IMG/VR virus record: IMGVR_UViG_3300002301_000005
Location: 1 to 38,284 of that record
Direction: 5' to 3' (one strand)
Origin: a virus
DNA length: 38,284 nucleotides
Shown here: positions 23,786 through 33,048 of the stretch, one piece after another
Numbering within the stretch: position 1 is the stretch's first letter
How the letters are laid out: each line of letters starts with the position of its first letter
The notes under the pieces: generated by a model
What the model was told of the DNA's origin: nothing
The model's database searches: none
Seen by the model: only the letters and a program-made list of their open reading frames with translations
Translations under genes and position numbers: made by a program

Positions 23786-25423
23786 TTAATTTTGAAGGGT
23801 GTAGCCAGTTTTTTGAACTCTTGCAAAAAAGCTATCAATAGCCACACCAGCTCCAGCAGTGGCATTTATTTCAATTGCCATTCGGTTAAATACTATTGGA
23901 ACTGGCCAAGCAAGTAAATAGGTTTGTGGGCGAACTAATGAAGATTTCCACAATGAGCCATCGCCCCAATAATTTGAACCCCATAGTGCTCCACTTGGAT
24001 TTGTTTTTACGTTTGTACCAGTAATGTAATTGCCAGCATCGTCAAAAGCACTAATATTGAAGTTTTGAGAAGCCCCCGCGGAACCTAATGCAATGGTTGA
24101 TTCAATAAGTTGATTCATTGCCATTTCGTTTGTATTAGGAAAATCAGCAGTTTTTAAATCTATAAGATAAGTCGCCCCATTATCTATATAAACTGTATTT
24201 GTGCTAGGTACCGTGTAACTTGAAAACAATTTAGCGCCTGATCCAACACCAGAGACAATAAAGTGGTCCCCCGCAGATGAAGCGCAATCGTAAACAAACG
24301 TATGGGGGCCATTCCAACGCATACGTTTGGTATCAAACCAATAATCGTTAGTTGTTACATTACCATCAATAATTGTAGGTATGCACATGCGATATAAGCC
24401 ATTTGAATAAGCTGAGGCGATACGACTTGGTACAGTGCAATAGTTAAAAGGCTGCCGAATATCTGAAGTGGCATTAAATGAACCTAGTTGATTTGACAAA
24501 GGTAATACCGCACCCACTGCACTAACAATGTACGCAGAATCTTGAGATACAAAAATTGTGCCGATTGGGGAGGGTTGAACTGATCTAGGGGCCACACTAC
24601 CTACATTTAAAGATAAATAGTTTAGTGATAATGAACCTGAAATGGCCTCATCGCCCGTGATCTGCCAAATTTGAGATTGTTTAAATACAATTAAAGCCGC
24701 AACAACACCACCAGAAGTTGTTTGTACCGGTAGTCCTGACAAGGCCGTACAACTTGAAGTGTCTCCCACCGTTAATGCTTGACCCGCATTGGTCATACTT
24801 GTAGGCACTAAGACATCACTGTAATAAACAGAATTGCCACAAATAAAATATGCTCTGTTATTAAAGTTAGCGACAAACGTTGGTACGCTAGGTAAACCAT
24901 ACGTTGTGGTATTCATGGTTGTGTAAGCAGGCGCATCGGGGTTGCTTATATTAATCACACCAAAAAAATTACTACCTGATCCAGTGTATCCAGGGTGCGT
25001 AATAATTATTTTTACACCAATGACGGCCATGGTTGGTGGAACCCAAGCGCCCGTTGTCGCTGGAGAAGCCGGTCGCCCTTCAGAATTACCCGAAGTCACA
25101 CCTGAAATGGTAATAAAAGAACTAGTTGTAAGGTTGTAACAAAAAGGCTGATCGTGACCTGCTGTGAGTCCAGTTGAAACCATGCCAAAGACATAATTAC
25201 CAATGACAATTTGGCATGAAACAAAAGTGGGGCTTGTAAATCCACCAAAAGACGTAAGGGCGCTACCCACCCCTGGGCGTGGAATTACACAAGAAGGATT
25301 GGATTGATCAAATACTAAATTTTGTAGATTACGACAAGATCCAGGGAATTTATCGGTTGAATCGTACGCATCAGCAAGGCCGACAGGCGTAAATCGAAGA
25401 ATTCTACCGTCGCGAATACCCAT
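23786..25423 (-). CDS. Large tail structural protein (nozzle or tail tubular B-like by position), 545 aa
   Basis: Size, beta-rich Ser/Thr/Gly composition, and position between the adaptor-like gene and the fibre. No motif recognised. Confidence 0.45.
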   Translation of the reverse strand: MGIRDGRILRFTPVGLADAYDSTDKFPGSCRNLQNLVFDQSNPSCVIPRPGVGSALTSFGGFTSPTFVSCQIVIGNYVFGMVSTGLTAGHDQPFCYNLTTSSFITISGVTSGNSEGRPASPATTGAWVPPTMAVIGVKIIITHPGYTGSGSNFFGVINISNPDAPAYTTMNTTTYGLPSVPTFVANFNNRAYFICGNSVYYSDVLVPTSMTNAGQALTVGDTSSCTALSGLPVQTTSGGVVAALIVFKQSQIWQITGDEAISGSLSLNYLSLNVGSVAPRSVQPSPIGTIFVSQDSAYIVSAVGAVLPLSNQLGSFNATSDIRQPFNYCTVPSRIASAYSNGLYRMCIPTIIDGNVTTNDYWFDTKRMRWNGPHTFVYDCASSAGDHFIVSGVGSGAKLFSSYTVPSTNTVYIDNGATYLIDLKTADFPNTNEMAMNQLIESTIALGSAGASQNFNISAFDDAGNYITGTNVKTNPSGALWGSNYWGDGSLWKSSLVRPQTYLLAWPVPIVFNRMAIEINATAGAGVAIDSFFARVQKTGYTLQN

Positions 25424-25426
25424 GAT

Positions 25427-26119
25427 TTACCACGGGTCAAGTTTTGTTGGGGCCAATGATCCCGCAGTTCTAAAACGGCGCGGATCGAGCTTAACTTCCT
25501 TTACTACTTGTTGCTCATCACCTTCAGTCAATAAATGAATCTGAAGCATGCGCTCACAATCGGCTACAAATCGATCGTATCGAACGTCGTCCGTAATACG
25601 CATTAAACGCATTGCTGTGGCGTGAACCAAGTAATCTTGATCTGCAAACCAAGGTACGGTTGAACTTGTTTCAGGAGTCGTTATATCAGCTCTTTGAACC
25701 ATATAACGATGTTGCATGGTCAAATTTTGATTTGATTGAGGGTAGATATAAAGAAGCCCAAGGCCACCATTACCAACTGGGGACAAATCCGTCGCCCATT
25801 CGTAAGGGTAATTTGATGTTGTGGATTTATTTGGTTCAGAGTCAAACTGAGCGCGATTAGATGGATTTAAGAAATATGGCTGATCTTCAATGTAATACAT
25901 CAGCTCATAAGTGCGTAAATAATCGGCTTCTAAATTAAAAGGACCATTGCTATTGGCAGGAATGGCAATGGTCGTACTTACTAAATTGACCTTTAAATTA
26001 CGATGCAGAACCAAATCGGAGAGGACAAGATTCAGTGCTCGGCCACCTTGAGAAGTAAATCCAGGGCATTTGGCTATTGCACAAGCGTCAGCTACGATTT
26101 GGGCTGCGGTAATCGACAT
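25427..26119 (-). CDS. Tail adaptor or tail tubular A-like protein by position, 230 aa
   Basis: Position and size only. Confidence 0.4.
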   Translation of the reverse strand: MSITAAQIVADACAIAKCPGFTSQGGRALNLVLSDLVLHRNLKVNLVSTTIAIPANSNGPFNLEADYLRTYELMYYIEDQPYFLNPSNRAQFDSEPNKSTTSNYPYEWATDLSPVGNGGLGLLYIYPQSNQNLTMQHRYMVQRADITTPETSSTVPWFADQDYLVHATAMRLMRITDDVRYDRFVADCERMLQIHLLTEGDEQQVVKEVKLDPRRFRTAGSLAPTKLDPW

Positions 26120-26124
26120 GGTTT

Positions 26125-26547
26125 TTAGGCTTTCATTCCAGCCTTCAGTTTAGCATCTTTAATAGCTTTTTCGCCTTTTTCAATATCTTCTTTAGCTTTA
26201 ATCATGCTGCGCTGCATGTTTTCAAGGGTCAGCTTTTCTTGAGAGGTCAATTTCTTACCTTCAGTAGTCGCTTTTTTATCCAAAGAAGCCATTACATCCT
26301 TCATTTGACCCATTGCAGTAACGATCTGGTCACGCTTGGCTTCCAATTCAGGGATTTCAGCGCGAGTGCGTTGACGATCAACCACATCATGCAAAATATC
26401 CACACGGTCATTAATGGACTCTACGGATTCACCAGAGTACAGGTAGCCACTAACGCTAAAGTTTTTACCATTTGGCAAATTAGCGGTTAGTGTGAAGTTA
26501 CCAGTTACGGCCACTTGAGATTCGTCAATTACGTCTGCTTTATTCAT
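26125..26547 (-). CDS. Coiled-coil structural protein, 140 aa
   Basis: ORF track. Lys/Glu-rich helical C-terminal half. Confidence 0.5.
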   Translation of the reverse strand: MNKADVIDESQVAVTGNFTLTANLPNGKNFSVSGYLYSGESVESINDRVDILHDVVDRQRTRAEIPELEAKRDQIVTAMGQMKDVMASLDKKATTEGKKLTSQEKLTLENMQRSMIKAKEDIEKGEKAIKDAKLKAGMKA

Positions 26548-26792
26548 TTGCTCTTACTCCTTGGTTTATATGCTTTCAAATCCTCTGAATGAAGCCTAGA
26601 GACAGGGGTTTTGGACTGTTTTGCCTTATTGGCGATCTTTGCGCCTTCAGTGCGCCCGACAAATTTACCACTATCAGTGACAAATCCGCGTTTACCCGAA
26701 GTATGCAAATCTTTATGCCTCAAGCCCATCGGTTCGGAAGCTACTTTTCCCGATGGTTTCTTGATAGCTACTTTGGCTATTTTTGTAGCCAT
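26544..26792 (-). CDS. Highly basic Lys-rich protein, 82 aa
   Basis: ORF track. ATGA coupling. Confidence 0.5.
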   Translation of the reverse strand: MATKIAKVAIKKPSGKVASEPMGLRHKDLHTSGKRGFVTDSGKFVGRTEGAKIANKAKQSKTPVSRLHSEDLKAYKPRSKSK

Positions 26793-27292
26793 TAGCGAGC
26801 GCCTCTTGCCCTAGCTGCGGCACTAATTAAAGCGTTTTGAGTAGGTCTGCGATAAGCGTTTTCGTTGTCACCGTGGATTGATTTCTCATGTTCCCAGCAA
26901 CGCGCTACGCGGCTTTTTAAATCAACCAATGTCATTGGATCAACTTCATAGGTCTGACCGTGATAATAAGCCACGCCGTTTGTGGTCAAGTCTAATCCGG
27001 CACCAGCAGGCAATTGAATGGTGTAGTAGTACGTTGGGTACTCTACTGTTTTCCATTTTTGCTTCTTTTCATCCTTTTCGCCAGGATTCAAACAAACTTC
27101 AAGGCTAATTGTTTTACCAGTTGGTTGCTCTTCAGTATTGGCTGAAAATTGACCAGCTTGGGCTACAGCAGAAGCTAATTCTTCAGCTTCCGAACGAGCT
27201 TTAGTCTCAACTTTAAGTTTTTTCTGTAGTTCAGCAACTTGTGCTTGTAACTCTTCGTAACTTAATTCTGAATTTTTCTTAACTTCGCTCAT
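26792..27292 (-). CDS. Structural protein, 166 aa, with an N-terminal coiled coil (head decoration or connector candidate)
   Basis: ORF track. Position downstream of the capsid gene. Confidence 0.5.
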   Translation of the reverse strand: MSEVKKNSELSYEELQAQVAELQKKLKVETKARSEAEELASAVAQAGQFSANTEEQPTGKTISLEVCLNPGEKDEKKQKWKTVEYPTYYYTIQLPAGAGLDLTTNGVAYYHGQTYEVDPMTLVDLKSRVARCWEHEKSIHGDNENAYRRPTQNALISAAARARGAR

Positions 27293-27294
27293 GA

Positions 27295-27522
27295 TTATTC
27301 TCCAGTTGGGGCAACTGTTTCAACGGCTGGGGACTCTTCAGTAAGGTCCTCATCTACTGGAAGTGCTGGAGCTTCGTCCACACCTTCAGGTGCGTTTGTA
27401 GCTAATGTTTCATCTACTTCTTGTGTCTCAGCTTCAACTGCTGGGTAAACAGGCTCTGTTACAGGTGTAACGTCTCTGTCATCAGGACGGCCAAAAGAAC
27501 GGTGGGTGACTTCGTGATTCAT
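27295..27522 (-). CDS. Acidic Pro/Glu/Val-rich protein, 75 aa
   Basis: ORF track. AAGGAG SD immediately after the capsid terminator. Confidence 0.55.
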   Translation of the reverse strand: MNHEVTHRSFGRPDDRDVTPVTEPVYPAVEAETQEVDETLATNAPEGVDEAPALPVDEDLTEESPAVETVAPTGE

Positions 27523-27539
27523 GCTCTTACTCCTTAGTT

Positions 27540-27565
27540 AAAAAGGGGGAAGTTACCCTCCCCCT
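27540..27565 (-). terminator. Rho-independent terminator downstream of the major capsid gene
   Basis: On the minus strand, AGGGGGA / loop of 8 nt / TCCCCCT followed by TTTT. It lies 17 nt after the capsid stop. Confidence 0.7.
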
Positions 27566-27581
27566 AATGACCGACTAAATA

Positions 27582-28997
27582 TTACTCGGTCGCTGTACCA
27601 GCAGTGTAGCCTGGTGTAAATGCGCTACCCGATTCAGTACGAGCCAAATACGCATTGTTCAGGATGATAGTGCCGTACATCATCTTCCATGAAACAACGC
27701 GAGTCTGGTTGTGTGGATCGGACTTGTCTGCATCACGCAGATAGTGGTACTCAACATCGTCAAGCAACACCTGACCGTAAGCATCTGTACCAAAATAGAA
27801 CGTTGGGAATACAGTTACGCCAGTCGCAGGAGCGGCAGGAGGAGTCTGAGCTGCGCCTGTACCTGTGATCACAACAGTTGAGCCAGAAGCTAACTGAGTT
27901 GCGTTACCTGCCAAAGGACCTGAAGTAGGGCCTGAAGCAGATAGACCAAGGTTGGCTACAGCAGCAGAAGTGCCGATGTACACGTTAAACACATAACCTG
28001 CCAAAGTTGGAACGGTTACTGAGATTGAGCCTGTTGGGCCAGTCACAGAAATTGCACCAGACGCTTGGTAGATTCGTTGTTCAACGGAAGTAGCAGCAGG
28101 AGCACCAGTTACTTGAACATAGTACGTACCAGTTGCTAATGTACCGCCTGAAGATGAAGCTGTGCCGCTAACGGCAGCCACACCGGTCCAATAAGGGATC
28201 ATGTTGGACTTACAGAAACGTGCACCACCCCATTCGCCCAAATCGCTGTTATACAGACGATTGATGTCAGAGTAAGCCCATGCTGTAGCAATAGTGCTAT
28301 TCTGACGCAAATCTTGAACGACTAATGGGTGTACCAATGCAACATAGTGAGGCATCACGCTTGGCTTGTTGCTTGCCTTAGTTTTGCCATCCATGTCAAT
28401 CATCATATCTTCACGTTCGTCACCCATAAAAGTTGGAGCACCGAAAGTCTCTAAAGCACCAACGATCTTACCAATTTCAACTGGGCTATTTACGTCAGTA
28501 GCCAACAATGAGGCGCGATTGGCCTTACCGTTTGCGTAGTTGACTTGAGTGGCAGTCATGAGGATATTGAGCACGTTACGCTCAATGGTTTCAGGCTGTT
28601 GCAAAGCGATCAAACGAATTGCTTGTTTAAACAATGGGTGTTTGATAGTCATGTCAGCAACGTCGGTCACACGGACCAAGTCACCCCATTGTTGAGCGGT
28701 TGCGCTAACTTGAGCGATTGAGATCGACTCACCAGCAGCAGGTACGCCTTCGGACAATGGTGCGAATGGTAATGGCAAACGCTCATAACGAGTTGCCGTG
28801 TAAGTCACACCAGTATTCTTTTCAATACGCAGTGGTTGACCAAATTGATAAGCAACTAATTGACGTTGCGCAAGACGTAAAACTTCGTCTTGAATATGCA
28901 ATTCAATATCGTTGGCGATAGTTTGACCACCAGCACCAGGAGAGTAGTTTGTTACGCCTGGGCTAAGTAAGCCTTTAAGTAATGTTACAAGTTTCAT
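27582..28997 (-). CDS. Major capsid protein, 471 aa, with a Gly/Ser/Thr/Ala-rich insertion
   Basis: Position directly after the scaffold gene. Strong SD. Followed by a terminator. Size is consistent with an HK97-fold protein carrying an insertion domain. Confidence 0.75.
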   Translation of the reverse strand: MKLVTLLKGLLSPGVTNYSPGAGGQTIANDIELHIQDEVLRLAQRQLVAYQFGQPLRIEKNTGVTYTATRYERLPLPFAPLSEGVPAAGESISIAQVSATAQQWGDLVRVTDVADMTIKHPLFKQAIRLIALQQPETIERNVLNILMTATQVNYANGKANRASLLATDVNSPVEIGKIVGALETFGAPTFMGDEREDMMIDMDGKTKASNKPSVMPHYVALVHPLVVQDLRQNSTIATAWAYSDINRLYNSDLGEWGGARFCKSNMIPYWTGVAAVSGTASSSGGTLATGTYYVQVTGAPAATSVEQRIYQASGAISVTGPTGSISVTVPTLAGYVFNVYIGTSAAVANLGLSASGPTSGPLAGNATQLASGSTVVITGTGAAQTPPAAPATGVTVFPTFYFGTDAYGQVLLDDVEYHYLRDADKSDPHNQTRVVSWKMMYGTIILNNAYLARTESGSAFTPGYTAGTATE

Positions 28998-29014
28998 GAT
29001 AAGTCCTCTAAATA

Positions 29015-29812
29015 TTAAATACGGATATTTTCAAGGCGCTTCGCACGTTTTTCCGATTCAGTCATTCGTCCTGAGCCTGTACTAGCCACATCAGATCGAG
29101 CTCCTGGGGTAGTTCCGCGTCCAGCACCGCCTTTTTTGGGTGGAGTGCTTGAACCGGCTTTGAGCTTTCCGTCTCTTAAATCACGTCCAATGAGCAACGC
29201 AAGTAATTCTTCGCGTGGTGCATTGTTGCCATTTGCACGAAGTCGGGTAAGTTCAGCTTCAACTTTATCTTTATAAGCATTGAACATTTTTGGTTTTTGA
29301 ATTGCCAATTGCTCAAACTTAGTCAGATCAGCTAAATCTTCTGCGCGGCGTAAGGCATTTTGCGAATTTGAGTTGGCTAAACGAGCCTGACGGTTCGCTT
29401 GAATGGCATATTTTTGCCAGTCACTCGATTCAGGGTTACGTAAAACATCCTCTTCTTGCTGCCAAACACGCTGCTCTTCCGTATTTTGTGCTTGTGGCTG
29501 TGATGGTTGACGGCGAGCCGCTTCCAATTCAGCTTGCGCTTGAGCTAACTTAGCTTCTGCGTCCTGTGCTCTCTTACGGGTTTCAATGATGTCTTTTTGG
29601 GCCCGTGTCATTTGACGTGGGGGTGGGGCATCATCGTCATCTGACGGCGTATCGTCATCTGGTGGCGTATCGTCGTCATCATCTGGCGGCGTATCGTCAT
29701 CATTTGGGGGAACATCATCATCTGGCGGTGTGTCATCACCAAAAGGATCATCTACACCTGGCGAGATTACAGCCAGCATGGCTACTAAATAACTCATTAA
29801 CAATTTCCACAT
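29015..29812 (-). CDS. Scaffolding-like coiled-coil protein with an N-terminal hydrophobic leader and Asp/Pro tandem repeats
   Basis: AAGGAG SD 8 nt upstream of the ATG at 29812. Residues 26-66 read DDTPPDDDVPPNDDDTPPDDDDDTPPDDDTPSDDDDAPPP. The rest is Ala/Gln/Arg/Glu-rich and helical. Confidence 0.6.
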   Translation of the reverse strand: MWKLLMSYLVAMLAVISPGVDDPFGDDTPPDDDVPPNDDDTPPDDDDDTPPDDDTPSDDDDAPPPRQMTRAQKDIIETRKRAQDAEAKLAQAQAELEAARRQPSQPQAQNTEEQRVWQQEEDVLRNPESSDWQKYAIQANRQARLANSNSQNALRRAEDLADLTKFEQLAIQKPKMFNAYKDKVEAELTRLRANGNNAPREELLALLIGRDLRDGKLKAGSSTPPKKGGAGRGTTPGARSDVASTGSGRMTESEKRAKRLENIRI

Positions 29813-29852
29813 ACTTCTTACTCCTTTGGTCGGTTACGCCGAACGGGCGAAA

Positions 29853-30239
29853 TTAACACTTAACGGGTGTCATGCGAGGGTACTCGTAATTCTCCAAGGC
29901 TTTGCGTCGATCTGTGTTGCAAGGGTAAAGCCAATCCTCTTCACGATCAAAACTAAGCACCTGTGATAGCGGCTTTGCCAATCCTTTACTTGCGGCGTAT
30001 CGATCTGCTACAAATTCGGTTTTATGGCAAACCTGCTTAATTAAAACAGGGCAAAACAACAACGTAAGTAATCTTAACTCTGTGTGATGGAACTTGCAAT
30101 GCCCTTCTTCATGAGCCAAAACTGCTTCTTTTTGAGATCTTAACAAATTCCAATACCTCGTTCCCACATAAATTCGTTTCCACCACAGGAAACTGAGGGA
30201 GCGAGCAATCATATTCTCGTTTGTGTAGATTACTTTCAT
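29853..30239 (-). CDS. Minimal M48-like zinc metalloprotease core, 128 aa
   Basis: KEAVLAHEEGHCKFHH (HExxH) followed by EFVADRYAA (ExxAD, third ligand), as in HtpX, Ste24 and BlaR1-type peptidases. No TM helices. Confidence 0.65.
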   Translation of the reverse strand: MKVIYTNENMIARSLSFLWWKRIYVGTRYWNLLRSQKEAVLAHEEGHCKFHHTELRLLTLLFCPVLIKQVCHKTEFVADRYAASKGLAKPLSQVLSFDREEDWLYPCNTDRRKALENYEYPRMTPVKC

Positions 30240-30460
30240 TCTTCTACAGGTGAGGTATTGGCAACATGATCAACGTCGTCTGTGCTTGGCCCTTGATTTA
30301 GCTCGGGATCGGGCTTTTTTACGTTTTGGGCCTGAACTTGAATATTGAACTGCATATCGAGCTTTTGCAAAACCGGATTAGCGAACTTGGCGGGAAGTTC
30401 CATTAATCCAGCCATAATATTTTGTACGTCGGTTTGAGTTAAATCGTGAAAACTAAACAT
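30236..30460 (-). CDS. Hypothetical protein, 74 aa (start moved to the SD-preceded ATG at 30460)
   Basis: GGAG 6 nt upstream of 30460. The track start at 30505 has no SD. Confidence 0.5.
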   Translation of the reverse strand: MFSFHDLTQTDVQNIMAGLMELPAKFANPVLQKLDMQFNIQVQAQNVKKPDPELNQGPSTDDVDHVANTSPVEE

Positions 30461-30513
30461 GATGTGCTCCTGTAGCTTTGGTTGAAATGTAGATAGTGTT
30501 GCCATAAGTGTTT

Positions 30514-30541
30514 AGTTTAGCACTAATGACGAATCGGTCAA
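30514..30541 (-). promoter_or_regulatory. Candidate internal sigma70 promoter inside the late block
   Basis: On the minus strand: TTGACC (30541..30536), 16-nt spacer, TAAACT (30519..30514), within the 30461..30547 gap. Confidence 0.4.
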
Positions 30542-30547
30542 TTAATT

Positions 30548-30718
30548 TTAATCTGCTGGGGTTGGAGTATTACCCTCTGCTACCCATGCAAGGTAGGCTT
30601 GGTAGTCTGTGTTGTCTAAATTTTCATTAAAAGAACAAAAACTGCCATCATTATTGTTACGAATAATATGGGTTATTGAATTTCCGCCAGCATCGTTTGT
30701 TATTAATAATTTATACAT
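30548..30718 (-). CDS. Small XkdW-like, tail-fibre-associated protein, 56 aa
   Basis: ATG at 30718 with a GGAG SD, 1 nt after the fibre stop. The C-terminal YQAYLAWVAEGNTPTPAD pattern is common in small proteins that follow fibre genes. Confidence 0.55.
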   Translation of the reverse strand: MYKLLITNDAGGNSITHIIRNNNDGSFCSFNENLDNTDYQAYLAWVAEGNTPTPAD

Positions 30719-30719
30719 T

Positions 30720-33047
30720 TTATAACTCCGCACTCATTGAAACAAAAGCAGTTGAACTATTATTAGCAATCAATTCATAGGGTCTAAATTGAATTAACCC
30801 TAATGCGACAGTAGCATTTACATCAGAAATTATTGTATTTGATACATCGTATGAAAGAGCAGTAACTGTTATAATTGTATTTCCATCGTATAAACCTAAT
30901 GTGCCACCATAAGAAAGTGTTAAAGATGAACTTCTCATTTGCACAGGATTGTTAAAGATAATTTGAGCACTTGTAGTTGCAGTAGCCATTCCTAAACCAA
31001 ATCTATGAAAAGTATCACCATTACTTGATATTTGCCAGTAGTACCGCTGACACAAAGCTAACTCTTGACCATACTGACGATACTCATAACCAGTAGCAGA
31101 ACTACCTACTTCTAGTTGAACACCAGTAATATAGAAAGTTGCTCCGTTTGTTCCTACTACGGATGTTGCTCCTGTAGGTGCTAAATAGTTGCCAGCTTGC
31201 CATGTATTAGCCGTACCGCTTCTTGTAGAACCCATACCAAGACTAAATGAAACTGCAACACCAATTCCGTTTGTAGCTCCAACCCAAGTACCAGTTGTAT
31301 CTCCTGCGACAGTTACGCTAATTTGTGTCCATGTGTTTGCTGATGAGATTGTGTAACTGTATGGGTAACTTCTATTAAACGCAGAATTTTGTAGCGCTCC
31401 GCCAAAAGTTCCAGTTAATGAGCTATAAACCCAAAATGATAAAGTAACAGTTTTTGCATTGGCAGTACCCCAACCACAGTCGGCAAAATTAAAACCTTCA
31501 ATTGGTTGAGATACTTGGAAGCAATCTCCTGAAGTTACCGAATATGCGGATAAAGAAGTTACACCTAAATAGTTGCTAAACCCTACTGGTGGTGTAACCG
31601 AGCCAGCGTTTTGTTGAACTGAATACTTTGAGGATTGAGATAAATCAAATTTCCATCTATCTAATACATACGGTCCACCACTTGTTGGTGTAAAGCTAGA
31701 AGTGCCGTTATATTGGCTAATTGTCATTGCACCATTGATGATTCTATTTCTAAATGTAGGGCTAGCGTTAGATGGGCTTGTCCAAGTAGGCGCAGAGCCT
31801 GAGCCATTGGTAGTAAATACTTGCCCCGCAGTACCAGGGGCTAAAAACGCAGTAATACCAGCAGTAGTTTGATAGGGTACATAATACACGCCACCACCAG
31901 CAATATTTGTTGCAGTGCCTACTGATAATGCAGATTGTGAAGTCCAAGTTGGTGAGCCAGTACCACCTGAGGTAAATACTTGACCAGTAGTTCCAGCACT
32001 CACAAAAGCAGTTGTGCTTGCGGCGCTTTGATACGGTACATATCCCGAATTGCCGCCAACTAAATTGTTTGCGCTTGCAACACTAAGAGCAGCGGCACTT
32101 GTCCAAATTGGAGCAGAAAATGAACCCAAGGTCATTAAAATTGAACCTGATGTTCCTGCGGCCAAAAAAGCAGTAGTTCCAGCAGCACTTTGATACGGTA
32201 TTGAATATGTTGATCCAGCAGCCAATGAGGTTGCTAAAGCGGCGGTACCGCCAATAGACAAACTTGCCGCGGTACCGGTCAATCCAGTGCCAGGTCCTGT
32301 AAATTGCGTACTAGCAGTGATTGTAGTACCACCCAAAGTGGTAAACGATCCGGTAGCCGCAACTGATCCACCAATAGTAGTGCCATTAATAGAACCACCT
32401 GTAATAGCCACACTGTTTGCATTTTGTGTGGACATTGACCCAAGGCCGCTAATCGCAGTGTTAGGAATAGTGGCTGAAGCGGTCATTACTCCAACGCCGT
32501 TACCATATACATAACCAGTCAGTGTAGTTGCCCCAGTACCACCATTAGCCGCACCCAAAGTGCCCGCCAATGTGATCGCACCCGTAGTTGAAACGTTAGG
32601 AGTAAAACCAGTGGTTCCAGCGCTAAATGAAGTTACACCACTAAACGGGGTCCAAGCAAACCCACCAACGCTAGTCCACTGCAAATACGAACCGCTAGTG
32701 GATGGCGCGGTGATAAACGCCGTTGCGCCAGCGCCAGTTTGGTAGGCCATGTTGTTGGCCACACCACCGGCTAAGTTAGTTGCAGCGGTAGCTAAAGTGG
32801 CAGTTGCCGCATTGCCGCCAATTGACAGGCTTGCGGCAGTTCCAGTCAACCCAGTGCCTGCGCCTGCAAAGCTAGTGGCGTTTAAAACACCTGTGCTAGG
32901 GACATAGTAGAACTTTGAAGATGAAACGTATTCCTTTACTACTTGACCATTTGTAATTGCAGCAAATACAGGATAGCGAACTGAAGCTGTCGAGGTGTCA
33001 TTATTGATTACAACACCTGGTGCGGGTGACGGAATCGGTAAAAGCAT
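30720..33047 (-). CDS. Tail fibre, 775 aa, with about 45-aa internal repeats and a C-terminal jelly-roll-like domain
   Basis: Four copies of NLxGG..YVPYQxxAGxTAFxxAGTxGQVFTxxGxGxPTWTS. GTGLTGTAASLSIGG occurs twice. C-terminal region begins FRNRIINGAMTISQ. Confidence 0.8.
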   Translation of the reverse strand: MLLPIPSPAPGVVINNDTSTASVRYPVFAAITNGQVVKEYVSSSKFYYVPSTGVLNATSFAGAGTGLTGTAASLSIGGNAATATLATAATNLAGGVANNMAYQTGAGATAFITAPSTSGSYLQWTSVGGFAWTPFSGVTSFSAGTTGFTPNVSTTGAITLAGTLGAANGGTGATTLTGYVYGNGVGVMTASATIPNTAISGLGSMSTQNANSVAITGGSINGTTIGGSVAATGSFTTLGGTTITASTQFTGPGTGLTGTAASLSIGGTAALATSLAAGSTYSIPYQSAAGTTAFLAAGTSGSILMTLGSFSAPIWTSAAALSVASANNLVGGNSGYVPYQSAASTTAFVSAGTTGQVFTSGGTGSPTWTSQSALSVGTATNIAGGGVYYVPYQTTAGITAFLAPGTAGQVFTTNGSGSAPTWTSPSNASPTFRNRIINGAMTISQYNGTSSFTPTSGGPYVLDRWKFDLSQSSKYSVQQNAGSVTPPVGFSNYLGVTSLSAYSVTSGDCFQVSQPIEGFNFADCGWGTANAKTVTLSFWVYSSLTGTFGGALQNSAFNRSYPYSYTISSANTWTQISVTVAGDTTGTWVGATNGIGVAVSFSLGMGSTRSGTANTWQAGNYLAPTGATSVVGTNGATFYITGVQLEVGSSATGYEYRQYGQELALCQRYYWQISSNGDTFHRFGLGMATATTSAQIIFNNPVQMRSSSLTLSYGGTLGLYDGNTIITVTALSYDVSNTIISDVNATVALGLIQFRPYELIANNSSTAFVSMSAEL
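31773..32870 (-). repeat. Intragenic repeat region of the tail fibre gene (diverged tandem units)
   Basis: Protein-level repeats span residues about 60-425. The DNA copies at 32814..32858 and 32250..32294 encode the same 15 residues. Confidence 0.7.
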
Positions 33048-33048
33048 G

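Noticed and set aside
29605-29856. His-rich 83-aa + strand ORF
   Set aside because: It is the antisense read-through of the Asp/Pro codon repeats of the scaffold-like gene, so it is an artefact of the repeat.
22790-33047. Diversity-generating retroelement acting on a tail fibre
   Set aside because: No reverse transcriptase ORF exists anywhere in the window. I found no template-repeat and variable-repeat pair. The fibre repeats are in-frame protein repeats.
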